From contig JABDMW010000017.1 of assembly GCA_013001295.1 (NCBI GenBank), positions 16,788-80,787 of the forward strand: a DNA stretch of 64,000 bases, read 5' to 3'. The stretch is from Hyphomonadaceae bacterium (GTDB lineage Bacteria; Pseudomonadota; Alphaproteobacteria; Caulobacterales; Maricaulaceae). Below the pieces are notes generated by a model. The model was not told the DNA's origin. It worked only from the letters and a program-made list of their open reading frames with translations, and did no database searches. A program made the position numbers and the translations under genes. Shown one piece after another: positions 9,814 to 19,089 of the stretch (position 1 is the first letter of the stretch; each line of letters starts with the position of its first letter).

Positions 9814-11268
9814 TTATCGTAATGCGACCAGTTTCGCATCATCTGTGATGTAGTAAACCGTTCCATTGGCGACAATAGGGGGAACATAAACTTCATCAGA
9901 TAATTTGAATGTCCGGATTATTGAACCGTCATAGGGATTAACCTCGATGGCTTGACCGTTTGACCCCATCATCAAAAGGCGCTCACCAGCCATTATGGGG
10001 CCGGCCCAGGCAATTCTTTTCTTGCGTTTCTTTTCTTTCTTAAACACTTGCAATTGCGTCAACCAAATCACGGTCCCATCAGTTTTCGAAAGACATGCAA
10101 CTTGGCCTTCGGTCGTCACAGTGTAGATGAAATCCCCAATGACCAGAGGGAATCCCAAGGAGCCCGCAGGCTGTGACCAGACCCGTTGCCCTGTCCGAAG
10201 ATCAAAGGCACCTAGAGATCCACTTTGAGCAGATGCAAATACATACCCATCCGCCACAACCGGCCCTGAACCAATATCGTTCAAAGCCGCCAAAGGTGTG
10301 AGATTACCCGAAGAGTCGAGGGAGTCTTGCCACAAAACACTACCGTTTTGCACACGCAGCGCGACAATTTCACCTGACGAGAATGGGGCAATGACAACAT
10401 CTTCGATGATCGCCGGGCTCGGCGCGGTCAGCATGCGCGCCGTTTCGATAATCGCTTGATAGGTCCACAGGACGGCGCCTGAGTCCGCATCGAATGCGAA
10501 AAGTTCATTGTCGTCAGACACCGCAAAGAGACGGCCATTGTCCACAGCAGGAGCTGAATGCAACGGCGTCCGGGTTCGAGTGCGCCATATCTCAGATCCA
10601 CTGGCGGCATCCAAAGCCACTGCTAATCCAAAACCGGACGTAACGAAGACGCGCCCATCTGCAACGGCAAGACCGCCACCGACGGCTTCTTTATCCGACC
10701 CACCGCTATCACCCCAAACAAATGGGTCTTTTACGCGATCAACGATGCTCTTGCCGCCTCGTCTGGTTTTCTCAAGCTTGGCAACCTTGATTTTATAGTC
10801 CCAAATTGACGAGCCTGTTTCAGCGTCGATCGCCATTACCTTGTTATTACCGTCAACGGTATAAAGGATACCGCCGGCAACAACAGGCGAGCTAACGACG
10901 CGGCCTTTGCGGTGAGAACCTTTGCCGACGTCTTTACTCCAGACTTTTTCAAGATTTCCCGGCACATTGGTGCGCTGCGGCGCGTTGGTCGCATACCCAC
11001 CGGTTTGCGGCCAATCGGGGTTAATATAGGCCGCTGGCAAAACGATTTCAGACGGCAAAATTGTCCCGGAGACTTCCAGTTTATCGTCGAGCTGTAAGAT
11101 CGAAATCCGCTCAGGATCGGTCGGGATATCCCCTTGACTGACCTCGTCATCATTGTCGAACGGATTGATTGCGTCCGTGACACTGCTCAGCGTCGAGCAG
11201 GCAGATAAAAGAAATGCGCTTAGGAATAAAACGCTGAATTTTTTGATATTCAAAAATCGATCAATCAT
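9814..11268 (-). CDS. bamB: Outer membrane protein assembly factor BamB (PQQ-like beta-propeller lipoprotein)
   Basis: Lipobox LLSAC|S, repeated beta-propeller blades (G..VA.D..TG...W) and the conserved yfgM-bamB-der order. Confidence 0.85.
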   Translation of the reverse strand: MIDRFLNIKKFSVLFLSAFLLSACSTLSSVTDAINPFDNDDEVSQGDIPTDPERISILQLDDKLEVSGTILPSEIVLPAAYINPDWPQTGGYATNAPQRTNVPGNLEKVWSKDVGKGSHRKGRVVSSPVVAGGILYTVDGNNKVMAIDAETGSSIWDYKIKVAKLEKTRRGGKSIVDRVKDPFVWGDSGGSDKEAVGGGLAVADGRVFVTSGFGLAVALDAASGSEIWRTRTRTPLHSAPAVDNGRLFAVSDDNELFAFDADSGAVLWTYQAIIETARMLTAPSPAIIEDVVIAPFSSGEIVALRVQNGSVLWQDSLDSSGNLTPLAALNDIGSGPVVADGYVFASAQSGSLGAFDLRTGQRVWSQPAGSLGFPLVIGDFIYTVTTEGQVACLSKTDGTVIWLTQLQVFKKEKKRKKRIAWAGPIMAGERLLMMGSNGQAIEVNPYDGSIIRTFKLSDEVYVPPIVANGTVYYITDDAKLVALR

Positions 11269-12038
11269 TGCGGATCCTCAATTGTATCTTGCGCCTGTTC
11301 AGCGTCCATTTGCGGTGCTTCTGGCGTTTCGACTCCAGGGGTCGGCACTTCCAAATCTTCGGTGCTTTCTTCCAATGTCGGCGCCGGCACGGCCCGGCTT
11401 GCATTCATCAGCAATAGCGATTGCTCTGCACGCATTTTGACACCGTTCAAGACGCCTGGAACGTTGGACAAATAAGTAAATTGCGTTCTTGCAGTCTGTT
11501 CATCACCTGACTGGAGTGCCGCATGCGCCAGCAGTTCTTTCGCCAGATCAGCGTAAGGTGCATCATCAACAGAGAGTGAATTGGCCCGCGCCTTTACGTC
11601 ATCATAACGTCCCTCATCCATGAGGATATATGCCGCTTTCAAGCTCGCGAGGTCTTTGTGGATTGGTTTGGTAAATGCGCCGGCCGCACGGTCGAACAGA
11701 TTGACCGCCCCGTCCATATCACCCAACTGCACTTTTAATGCGGCTGCACGCGAATAAGACAAGCCCGTATACCCTTCCGGGGACACTTCTGCCAAAGCAA
11801 GAAACTTATCGATCGCTGCTTGCAAATCACCTTCATCCGCCAGTTTGTCAGCGGCAACAAATGAGGCGGAAGCCTTACGAGCCTTCACGCCATCGGAATA
11901 TTTCTTGTATTCCACATACCCGGCGACGGCCACGATTGCGACAATGATCGTCACGATCAGCGGGCCGAACTTCTTCAACAAGTCATTGTACTTGTCCTTG
12001 CGGAGTTCTTCTTCAACTTCGTTGATAAAATCGACCAA
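11265..12038 (-). CDS. YfgM-like membrane-anchored tetratricopeptide repeat protein
   Basis: A single N-terminal TM helix (LIVTIIVAIVAVAGYV) followed by TPR-like helices. It has a 4-nt overlap with the bamB start. Confidence 0.65.
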   Translation of the reverse strand: MVDFINEVEEELRKDKYNDLLKKFGPLIVTIIVAIVAVAGYVEYKKYSDGVKARKASASFVAADKLADEGDLQAAIDKFLALAEVSPEGYTGLSYSRAAALKVQLGDMDGAVNLFDRAAGAFTKPIHKDLASLKAAYILMDEGRYDDVKARANSLSVDDAPYADLAKELLAHAALQSGDEQTARTQFTYLSNVPGVLNGVKMRAEQSLLLMNASRAVPAPTLEESTEDLEVPTPGVETPEAPQMDAEQAQDTIEDPQ

Positions 12039-12181
12039 TTGTGGCCCCTATTCTTGATTGGATGAATCAGCGGTTTTCAAAGCGCGAACCTATACAGGGA
12101 CGCGTTTGACTGCAATACATTAGCGCATGAATGATTTGCAAGGTTTATGCTCAAATTAGGCCAAGAAAACAGTGGCAAATT

Positions 12182-13021
12182 CTACTTTTTTGTGAAGCGG
12201 TAAGTAAATTCCTCGCTCGGGAAGCTACGGTTTTTAACGTCCTGCGCGTATTGCTTGGCAGATGTTTCAATCACGCTCTTCAAATCGCCGTATTTTTTAA
12301 CAAATTTCGGAGTCCAGTCGAAAAGTCCCAGCATATCCGGTGTGACCAAAATTTGCCCGTCGCATTCATTGGATGCGCCAATTCCAATCGTCGGGATTGG
12401 TACCGCTTTGGTGACCTTTTTAGCGAGCACTTCAGAAACGCCTTCGACAACAACGGCAAATGACCCTGCCTCCGCCGCTGCGATTGCATTTTCAATAATT
12501 TCATCCGCGACTTTTTTCGATCGACCCCGCGCTCGAAACCCGCCCAACACATTCATGGATTGCGGACGTAGGCCGACATGTGACATGACGGGAATCCCGC
12601 GTTCGACCAGATACCGGATTGTTTCAGCGGCATAGGTCCCGCTTTCTATTTTGATCGCTTGGCAACCGGTCTCAATCATAACCCGAGACGCGTTTTTAAA
12701 TGCAGTCTCGGGACTGTCTTCATACGAGCCGAATGGCAGATCAACCACGACCAGGGCGTGTTGCGCCCCGCGCATAACGGCCTGCCCGTGCAAAATCATC
12801 ATCTCTAAGGTAACGCCGACCGTTGATGACAGCCCATGAACTACCATGCCGACACTGTCTCCTACGAGAATAAGATCGCAGTGTTCGTCAATTAATGACG
12901 CCGTCGGGGCATCATAAGCGGTCAAACACACGATGGGTTCCCCGCCTTTGCGCGCTGTGATTTGCGGCGCGGTTACGCGCGAAATTTGATTTTGCTTAGA
13001 GATAATCGGCTCCCACGACAA
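12182..13021 (-). CDS. panB: 3-methyl-2-oxobutanoate hydroxymethyltransferase
   Basis: Motifs CLTAYDA, LVGDS.GMVVHG and KIE..; apparent TTG start. Confidence 0.9.
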   Translation of the reverse strand: MSWEPIISKQNQISRVTAPQITARKGGEPIVCLTAYDAPTASLIDEHCDLILVGDSVGMVVHGLSSTVGVTLEMMILHGQAVMRGAQHALVVVDLPFGSYEDSPETAFKNASRVMIETGCQAIKIESGTYAAETIRYLVERGIPVMSHVGLRPQSMNVLGGFRARGRSKKVADEIIENAIAAAEAGSFAVVVEGVSEVLAKKVTKAVPIPTIGIGASNECDGQILVTPDMLGLFDWTPKFVKKYGDLKSVIETSAKQYAQDVKNRSFPSEEFTYRFTKK

Positions 13022-13045
13022 TTCCCGATCAATATAGGGATCGGA

Positions 13046-14815
13046 TTACAAATCGGCCAGTAATTCTTTGTCAAAGCCAAATACAGGCCCTGCGCCGTAT
13101 TTGATTTGATCCAAATATGACGGTGCACGGCTTAAAAACGCAACGGAATGGAACCAAACCAGTTTTTGCATCGATTTGGCACGCGGATCTTGCTTTTTGA
13201 GCCCGTTGACGACGCCTTTTATCAAGAATGCACCGGAAACCACATCGCTGCACAAAGCCAAGTAAGCGGTTGCGGACGCCAATGCATCCGTTTCATCTGC
13301 AGTCAAAATAAGATTTGTTGCTGTCGTCATGGCTTCCAGCCCTGCACCTAGATTGTCGACAGCACTGCCGAGTTCCAGAGCGGCCTGGTCATCAAGCTCT
13401 GTAACCTGTGCAAGAATGTCACGAAGTTCCGCAATCAAAGCCTGCATGGCCTCTCCGCCGTCGCGACGTAATTTGCGTCCGACAAGATCGATGGCTTGAA
13501 TGCCATTGGTGCCTTCATAAATCGGAGCAATACGGGAATCTCGGTAATGCTGAGCTGCGCCGGTTTCCTCGACAAACCCCATGCCACCGTGCACCTGAAC
13601 ACCAATCGATGCCATTTCGACACCGATATCGGACCCGTAGGCTTTGGCGAGCGGCGTCAGAAGCGCTTCGCGCGCATGCGCGGAATTACGGGTTTCTTCA
13701 TCCTCGGCTGAGACGGCTATATCGCCGGCCGCTGCGGTTGCCATGCAGATTGCACGTGCGCCCATCAACCCGGCTTTCATTTCCATCAACATCCGTCTGA
13801 CATCGGGATGACCGATGATCGGCGCTTTCTCAGCTTCGCCCGCAACTTTTCCCTGAACCCGATCATTGGCATAAGAAAGTGCGGCCTGATACGCCCGTTC
13901 ACCAATCGCAACGCCCTGGACGCCAACGAAAAGCCGGGCTTCGTTCATCATGGTGAACATGCACGCCAACCCCTTGTTTTCGGGACCAACCAACCAGCCT
14001 GTCGCGTTATCAAACTCCATCACGCAGGTCGGGCTTCCGTGAATACCGAGTTTATCTTCTAGGCCTATCGGTCTGAAATTATTACGCTTTCCAAGACTGC
14101 CATCCGGCTCAACAAAATATTTGGGAGCGAGAAACAGGGAGATACCGCGAGATCCAGCGGGCGCATCAGGAAGTCGGGCCAAAACCAGATGGATGATATT
14201 ATCTGCACAATCATGATCGCCCCATGTAATGTAGATTTTCTGACCACTAAGCGCATAAGTCCCATCACCATTCGGGACGGCCTTTGCCCGTAATTCTCCC
14301 AGATCCGACCCGGCCTGCGGTTCCGTGAGATCCATAGCCCCTGACCACTCGCCATTGATCATTTTCTCCAGATAAGTCGCTTTTAACTCATCGCTGGCAT
14401 GGGCTAAAATCGCGTTTGACGCGCTCGATGTCAGCATCGGACACAGGCCCAATGCCATATTGGCTGAATACAGCATTTCGTTGACGCCAACACTCAGGAC
14501 TTGAGGTAAACCCATACCGCCATATTCAGTCGGTCCCGCTAATCCAAGCCACCCGGCTTCGACAAAACTGCGATATGCCTGTTTAAATCCTGGGGAGGCG
14601 ATAACATTGCCACCCTTCAGTTCCGGATGATTTTGATCACCAGACCAATTGGTCGGTGCCAGGACTTCTTTTGAAAACACCGCAGCCCCCTGCAATATAT
14701 CGGAAATCAAATCATCATTGACGTCGACATAGGCCGGACAGGCCTTTATCTCGTCGAGATCGACAACGTGGTGGAGAAGATAATCAATGGCATTAACGGG
14801 TGTATTGTAAGTCAT
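13046..14815 (-). CDS. Acyl-CoA dehydrogenase, long (~590 aa) FadE-like type with C-terminal extension
   Basis: ACAD middle and C-terminal motifs (GSDLG...; YEGTNGIQAIDLVGRK) and an additional C-terminal helical domain. Confidence 0.88.
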   Translation of the reverse strand: MTYNTPVNAIDYLLHHVVDLDEIKACPAYVDVNDDLISDILQGAAVFSKEVLAPTNWSGDQNHPELKGGNVIASPGFKQAYRSFVEAGWLGLAGPTEYGGMGLPQVLSVGVNEMLYSANMALGLCPMLTSSASNAILAHASDELKATYLEKMINGEWSGAMDLTEPQAGSDLGELRAKAVPNGDGTYALSGQKIYITWGDHDCADNIIHLVLARLPDAPAGSRGISLFLAPKYFVEPDGSLGKRNNFRPIGLEDKLGIHGSPTCVMEFDNATGWLVGPENKGLACMFTMMNEARLFVGVQGVAIGERAYQAALSYANDRVQGKVAGEAEKAPIIGHPDVRRMLMEMKAGLMGARAICMATAAAGDIAVSAEDEETRNSAHAREALLTPLAKAYGSDIGVEMASIGVQVHGGMGFVEETGAAQHYRDSRIAPIYEGTNGIQAIDLVGRKLRRDGGEAMQALIAELRDILAQVTELDDQAALELGSAVDNLGAGLEAMTTATNLILTADETDALASATAYLALCSDVVSGAFLIKGVVNGLKKQDPRAKSMQKLVWFHSVAFLSRAPSYLDQIKYGAGPVFGFDKELLADL

Positions 14816-14831
14816 GGGCGATCTTTAAGCC

Positions 14832-14866
14832 AAAAAAAACGGCGCTCCAAGCAAGAAGCGCCGTTT
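14832..14866 (-). terminator. Rho-independent terminator downstream of the glycine-rich membrane protein gene
   Basis: 10-bp stem aaacggcgct (14837-14846) / agcgccgttt (14857-14866) with a 10-nt loop, followed on the minus strand by a run of 8 T. Confidence 0.7.
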
Positions 14867-14885
14867 ATCAAAAATTTATTGGGGG

Positions 14886-15173
14886 CTAGCCTTTATTGCC
14901 CATGAATTTGCCCATAATGGCGGTCAATAGACCCCCGCCTACTCCACCAGAAGCCAGACTACCAATAATTGCCGACATCGACGCCCCTCCATCAGCCGGT
15001 GCGGCAAACAATCCATCTAAACCCGGAATCATCGGCGCTAAAGCAGCAAGACCGGTCCCTCCAATGATACCCGTGAGACTCCGTCCCATTGTCCCCATTC
15101 CGGAATTCATCACTTTACCGGCAATGTTACCGCCCACGGCACCACTTGCCAGTCCAATCAATAATTCTAACAT
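14886..15173 (-). CDS. Glycine-rich small membrane protein (hypothetical)
   Basis: 95 aa from ATG 15173, preceded by AAGGGGA. GxxxG-rich hydrophobic segments (GLASGAVGGNIAG..., IIGSLASGGVGGGLL). I could not assign a confident family. Confidence 0.5.
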   Translation of the reverse strand: MLELLIGLASGAVGGNIAGKVMNSGMGTMGRSLTGIIGGTGLAALAPMIPGLDGLFAAPADGGASMSAIIGSLASGGVGGGLLTAIMGKFMGNKG

Positions 15174-15318
15174 AAATTTCCCCTTTAGATGCCTTACCAA
15201 AAACATTTGGTTCCGGCGTGATTACAGTGCATAAGCTTATTCAGCCACTAATTCAGCACCTTGCCAACGAGTTTGGCGAAAAATGATAAGTTAATCAAGT
15301 CTTAACGGAGGAACGAGA

Positions 15319-15789
15319 GTGAAGACCAGTTATACACCCCTTAATAGAATGGCTATAGTTGTTGCCATTAGCGTCTTGGGTGCCTGTGGAGGATCGTCGG
15401 AAACTTCAACCCAAAATACTGCGGAGACGCCGAGAGCGACACCCCCTGTTGAACAGGTCGCGGCCGCGCCGAAAACGCCTGAAGAATTAGGTCAAAAAGT
15501 CTACGCCCGGTGTCGCACCTGCCATACATTGGAAGACGGCGGACGTCATCGCGTCGGTCCAAATCTGTGGGGAATTTTTGGCAAAATATCAGGAACAGCA
15601 GAAGGATTTGCCTATTCCAAAGCAATGAAAGAAGCAGCGATCACGTGGGACGAGGAATCAATTGCTGCCTATATGGAAAATCCGAAATCCTATATTCCCG
15701 GCAACAAGATGGTTTTCATTGGTTTACGAAAGCAGGAAGATCGCGATAATCTGATCGCTTATTTAAAAGCCGAAACACAGCCAAAATAA
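15319..15789 (+). CDS. Class I c-type cytochrome (c2/c550-like) lipoprotein
   Basis: Lipobox LGAC|G, heme site CRTCH, GPNLWG, and a distal Met in PGNKMVF. GTG start after GGAGG. Confidence 0.85.
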   Translation: MKTSYTPLNRMAIVVAISVLGACGGSSETSTQNTAETPRATPPVEQVAAAPKTPEELGQKVYARCRTCHTLEDGGRHRVGPNLWGIFGKISGTAEGFAYSKAMKEAAITWDEESIAAYMENPKSYIPGNKMVFIGLRKQEDRDNLIAYLKAETQPK

Positions 15790-15822
15790 CCGTCCACAGA
15801 ACCATTTATTTTAAGGCGACAT

Positions 15823-16611
15823 ATGCCGGAGCAAAAACGTACGTTTAAAAAAATCGCGTTTCTTTCGATTTCCAAGGCACAGGCAAAAAAAGCCATGGCC
15901 GAATTGGTCAAAATCTACGGAAATTGTGATGCTGGGCATGCTGATGTTATTGTCGCGTTGGGCGGTGACGGGTTTATGCTCGAAACCATTCGCAAGCACA
16001 TGCCTTTGATCAAGCGAGGCCTGCCGATATATGGCATGAACCAAGGGACAATTGGTTTTTTGATGAATAGCTATGGAACAGATGATCTATATGAACGTCT
16101 GGAGAATGCGGAAGCCGCTCAAATCAGCCCCCTAAAAATGACGGCACAAGCCCGGGGCGGTGAATTTTCTGCGCTTGCCATCAATGAGATATCGCTCCTT
16201 CGCCAAACGAGACAAGCTGCCCACATTCGCATTCATATTGATAATTCGGTTCGTATGGACCGGCTAATGGCAGACGGCATTCTGGTCTCTACACCCGCAG
16301 GATCAACAGCGTATAATTTGTCGGCACATGGTCCGGTTATCCCTTTGGGCAGCAATGTTTTAGCCTTGACGCCGATTAGTGCATTCCGCCCCCGGCGTTG
16401 GCGTGGAGCCTTGCTCAAAAATACGGCGAAAATCCGCTTCGAAATTTTGGATCCGGACAAACGTCCTGTCAGCGCAGTGGCGGACGACACAGAATTTCGG
16501 AATGTCACGGAGGTCTGTGTCGAACAGGAAACTAATTTGGAGTTCACGCTACTGTTCGATGAAGGACACGAACTCGACGAGAAAATTCTCAGGGAGCAAT
16601 TTGCGACTTAG
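15823..16611 (+). CDS. nadK: NAD+ kinase
   Basis: GGDGFML motif, GTIGFL, and [13 protein letters not shown]. Confidence 0.9.
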   Translation: MPEQKRTFKKIAFLSISKAQAKKAMAELVKIYGNCDAGHADVIVALGGDGFMLETIRKHMPLIKRGLPIYGMNQGTIGFLMNSYGTDDLYERLENAEAAQISPLKMTAQARGGEFSALAINEISLLRQTRQAAHIRIHIDNSVRMDRLMADGILVSTPAGSTAYNLSAHGPVIPLGSNVLALTPISAFRPRRWRGALLKNTAKIRFEILDPDKRPVSAVADDTEFRNVTEVCVEQETNLEFTLLFDEGHELDEKILREQFAT

Positions 16612-17729
16612 TATTCGTCAACCAAATCCAATTGTTTGAACAGGTATTCAAGATCATCATCAGCGAATGCAATCGGCAGGCTCAAAATACGCTCCAGCAT
16701 CGTCTTTTGAAACTTTTCCCGTGTCGACTGACCGCTGCGAATTTCCAAGTCAGCATGAATCAACAGCGCGGCCCGGAGAATACGGAAATCACGATCAGAT
16801 AGTCCGGATTGAACGCAAAGTGCTTTGAGGCCAAATGGACCGCTATCGTGAACCATCAATGATGCTTTATTGGTGTTAATTTGAGTTTTGCGGGCAAATG
16901 CGTGCACGACGGCAGGAATTTGACCGTTACAAGCTGCGCGAACGATAAACGAATTCGTGAGCCGGCCTTGCTCGTCCATCTGCTCGATCCACATCTTCAA
17001 ATCCATCGCATTTACGGAATGAGACATAAATTCGATACTGGCCAGCTCACGGCTTTGGTTGGCGAGCTGCGTTGCCACTTCAACCGAAACACCGTGTTTT
17101 TCGTGCAGCCGGACGGCGACTTCGGCGCTCACCATGGTAATAAGCTTTTCGACCAGGGGTGACGGCAGATCGCGGCGCGCAATAAAGCTCTCTTTTACAA
17201 GATCATCATCGTGGTAAATATCGAGGAGTTGGCTGCCCATGTGCACGCCAAGCTCAGCGCCGTCATTGGCAGCAAGAGAAGCAACAGCGCGACTATCGCC
17301 AAACCGGATAATCGCTTTAACCAAATCTCCTTTGATCCGTTCTCTTTTGCTCACGGCAAGAATTTTGGATGCGGCTTTGGATTTAAGCACCTCGAGCAAA
17401 TCATCATCTGTTAAAACAGGCGAAAAGGTCAGGACAGGAGACGCAATCGAGTCGACATCACGGATTAATTTATGCGCGATTTCCCTGGGCAGGTTATTTG
17501 ATTTTTTTAACGTGACCGCCAAGGCCCTGCGAACCATGGACGCGGCATCTCTGATAATAAACGATAGGATTTCCGAAACCGCCTCACGTTCATTTTCCGT
17601 CAGATCAACACGTCTAATCTGGCGACAAACTTTTTGCGCCATGGATGCCCGAACATGCTCATCCGGATGTGTGACCATCTTTCGAATGTCATTTTCAGAA
17701 ATGTTCAGATTTGACTGTTGCGCACCCAT
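16608..17729 (-). CDS. DUF2336-like helical-repeat protein (hypothetical)
   Basis: All-helical, HEAT-like repeats. The family name is recalled from alphaproteobacterial annotations, not verified. Confidence 0.5.
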   Translation of the reverse strand: MGAQQSNLNISENDIRKMVTHPDEHVRASMAQKVCRQIRRVDLTENEREAVSEILSFIIRDAASMVRRALAVTLKKSNNLPREIAHKLIRDVDSIASPVLTFSPVLTDDDLLEVLKSKAASKILAVSKRERIKGDLVKAIIRFGDSRAVASLAANDGAELGVHMGSQLLDIYHDDDLVKESFIARRDLPSPLVEKLITMVSAEVAVRLHEKHGVSVEVATQLANQSRELASIEFMSHSVNAMDLKMWIEQMDEQGRLTNSFIVRAACNGQIPAVVHAFARKTQINTNKASLMVHDSGPFGLKALCVQSGLSDRDFRILRAALLIHADLEIRSGQSTREKFQKTMLERILSLPIAFADDDLEYLFKQLDLVDEY

Positions 17730-17790
17730 GCGAATCTCCTCCGCTAAGAGGTACGAATTTATCGTGAACGAAGTGTTTACAGGGGGAGAA

Positions 17791-17867
17791 TGGTACCGCC
17801 TCTTGGTCTCGAACCAAGGACCTCCGGTTCCACAAACCGGCGCTCTAACCTACTGAGCTAAGGCGGC
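17791..17867 (-). tRNA. tRNA-His (anticodon GUG), CCA encoded, no encoded G-1
   Basis: The minus strand reads GCCGCCT-TA-GCTC-AGTAGGTTA-GAGC-G-CCGGT-TTGTGGA-ACCGG-AGGTC-CTTGG-TTCGAGA-CCAAG-AGGCGGT-A-CCA, a full cloverleaf with anticodon GTG. Confidence 0.95.
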
Positions 17868-17946
17868 ATGCCTTTCAAGTGGCGCGGAACTTACCTATAA
17901 GCCTCCGCGCCTGCAAGCGTTAGTTTAGCTAATTTGTGCTAAATTT

Positions 17947-18879
17947 CTAGGAAGACTCTGGCATTTTGATCGACTTCCACCCTTGCGAGCCTAAACTTTC
18001 CTGATACTTGATGTAATTGTGCAAATCTTCTGCCCGGCGTGCAGGATCCGGATGTGTTGACATGAATTCCGGCTGACGACTCGGACTGTTCTCTGCCATC
18101 TTTTCCCAAAGCCGGACAGACTGGTACGCATCATACCCAGCTTTGTGCATATATTTCGCGCCGAGGAGGTCTGACTGGCTTTCATGCTTGCGCGAATATG
18201 GCAAGACAATACCGAATGTGAATCCCATTCCGAGCGCAGCGCTGAGCAGTTGGGTTTTGCGGTGTGCGCCGCTCAGGCAATTTTGATATTCCCTTTGAAT
18301 TTGTATTTGCTCTTGTCGGGCAATTTGACGTCGACCCGCGATTCTGGCTTCTGCCTGACTTCTACACTTTTTGCCGAGTTGCGAACCGGCTAAAACACTT
18401 CCGCCCTGCACGACCAGCTGGCCCGCCATTTGTTGACTAACGCGTTCAGCCGCATGCCGGCCGGTCACATGACCGACCTCATGCCCCATAACGGCGGCGA
18501 TCTGATCGTCATTATCGGCAAAATCCATCATACCTTTGTAGAATCCGACCCGGTTCCCCGGCAGCACAAATGCATTTTTGGCGTCTTTGTCGAACACGGC
18601 ATAATCCCACTGCTCGTTTGATTTGCCCGCGCCGCGGGAAATTCGAGACCCGATATTCTTTAGCCGATTCAAATAACGGGGATCTGTTGATGTCGGTGTT
18701 GTCCGTTTGGCTTCCGCCCAACTCGTTGCCGCCATTTGGCTCAATTGACCTTCGCCTACGAGCAGGAATTGTTTCTCACCGGTCGCGGGATTGGTCGCGC
18801 ATCCTGACAACGCCGGACCCGCAACTGTGACCGCGCCACCTGCTGCGAGCGCTTGAACCAACCGCCGTTTCGTCAGCAT
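17947..18879 (-). CDS. M48 family metallopeptidase, lipoprotein
   Basis: HEVGHVTGRH zinc motif and a downstream E.QSDLLG. The likely start MLTKRRLVQALAAGGAVTVAGPALSGC (lipobox) is at 18879; the track ORF extends to 19020. Confidence 0.8.
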   Translation of the reverse strand: MLTKRRLVQALAAGGAVTVAGPALSGCATNPATGEKQFLLVGEGQLSQMAATSWAEAKRTTPTSTDPRYLNRLKNIGSRISRGAGKSNEQWDYAVFDKDAKNAFVLPGNRVGFYKGMMDFADNDDQIAAVMGHEVGHVTGRHAAERVSQQMAGQLVVQGGSVLAGSQLGKKCRSQAEARIAGRRQIARQEQIQIQREYQNCLSGAHRKTQLLSAALGMGFTFGIVLPYSRKHESQSDLLGAKYMHKAGYDAYQSVRLWEKMAENSPSRQPEFMSTHPDPARRAEDLHNYIKYQESLGSQGWKSIKMPESS

Positions 18880-19089
18880 ATTCTTTTCTTCCGCACTTTG
18901 AGTGTTGGCTACGTCATGATGGTGGATACACATATTTTCCTCGCTTATTAAAACCGTTCCCCGATACGTGATATTATAATGGTTAATTTCCAAAAATACA
19001 GGTATTAGTTCAGACGCCATTCAGGCTGTTATTGTGAATATAAAAGTGAACGCCTATATGATAAATTAGTTCCCTGACGGAGAAAAATT

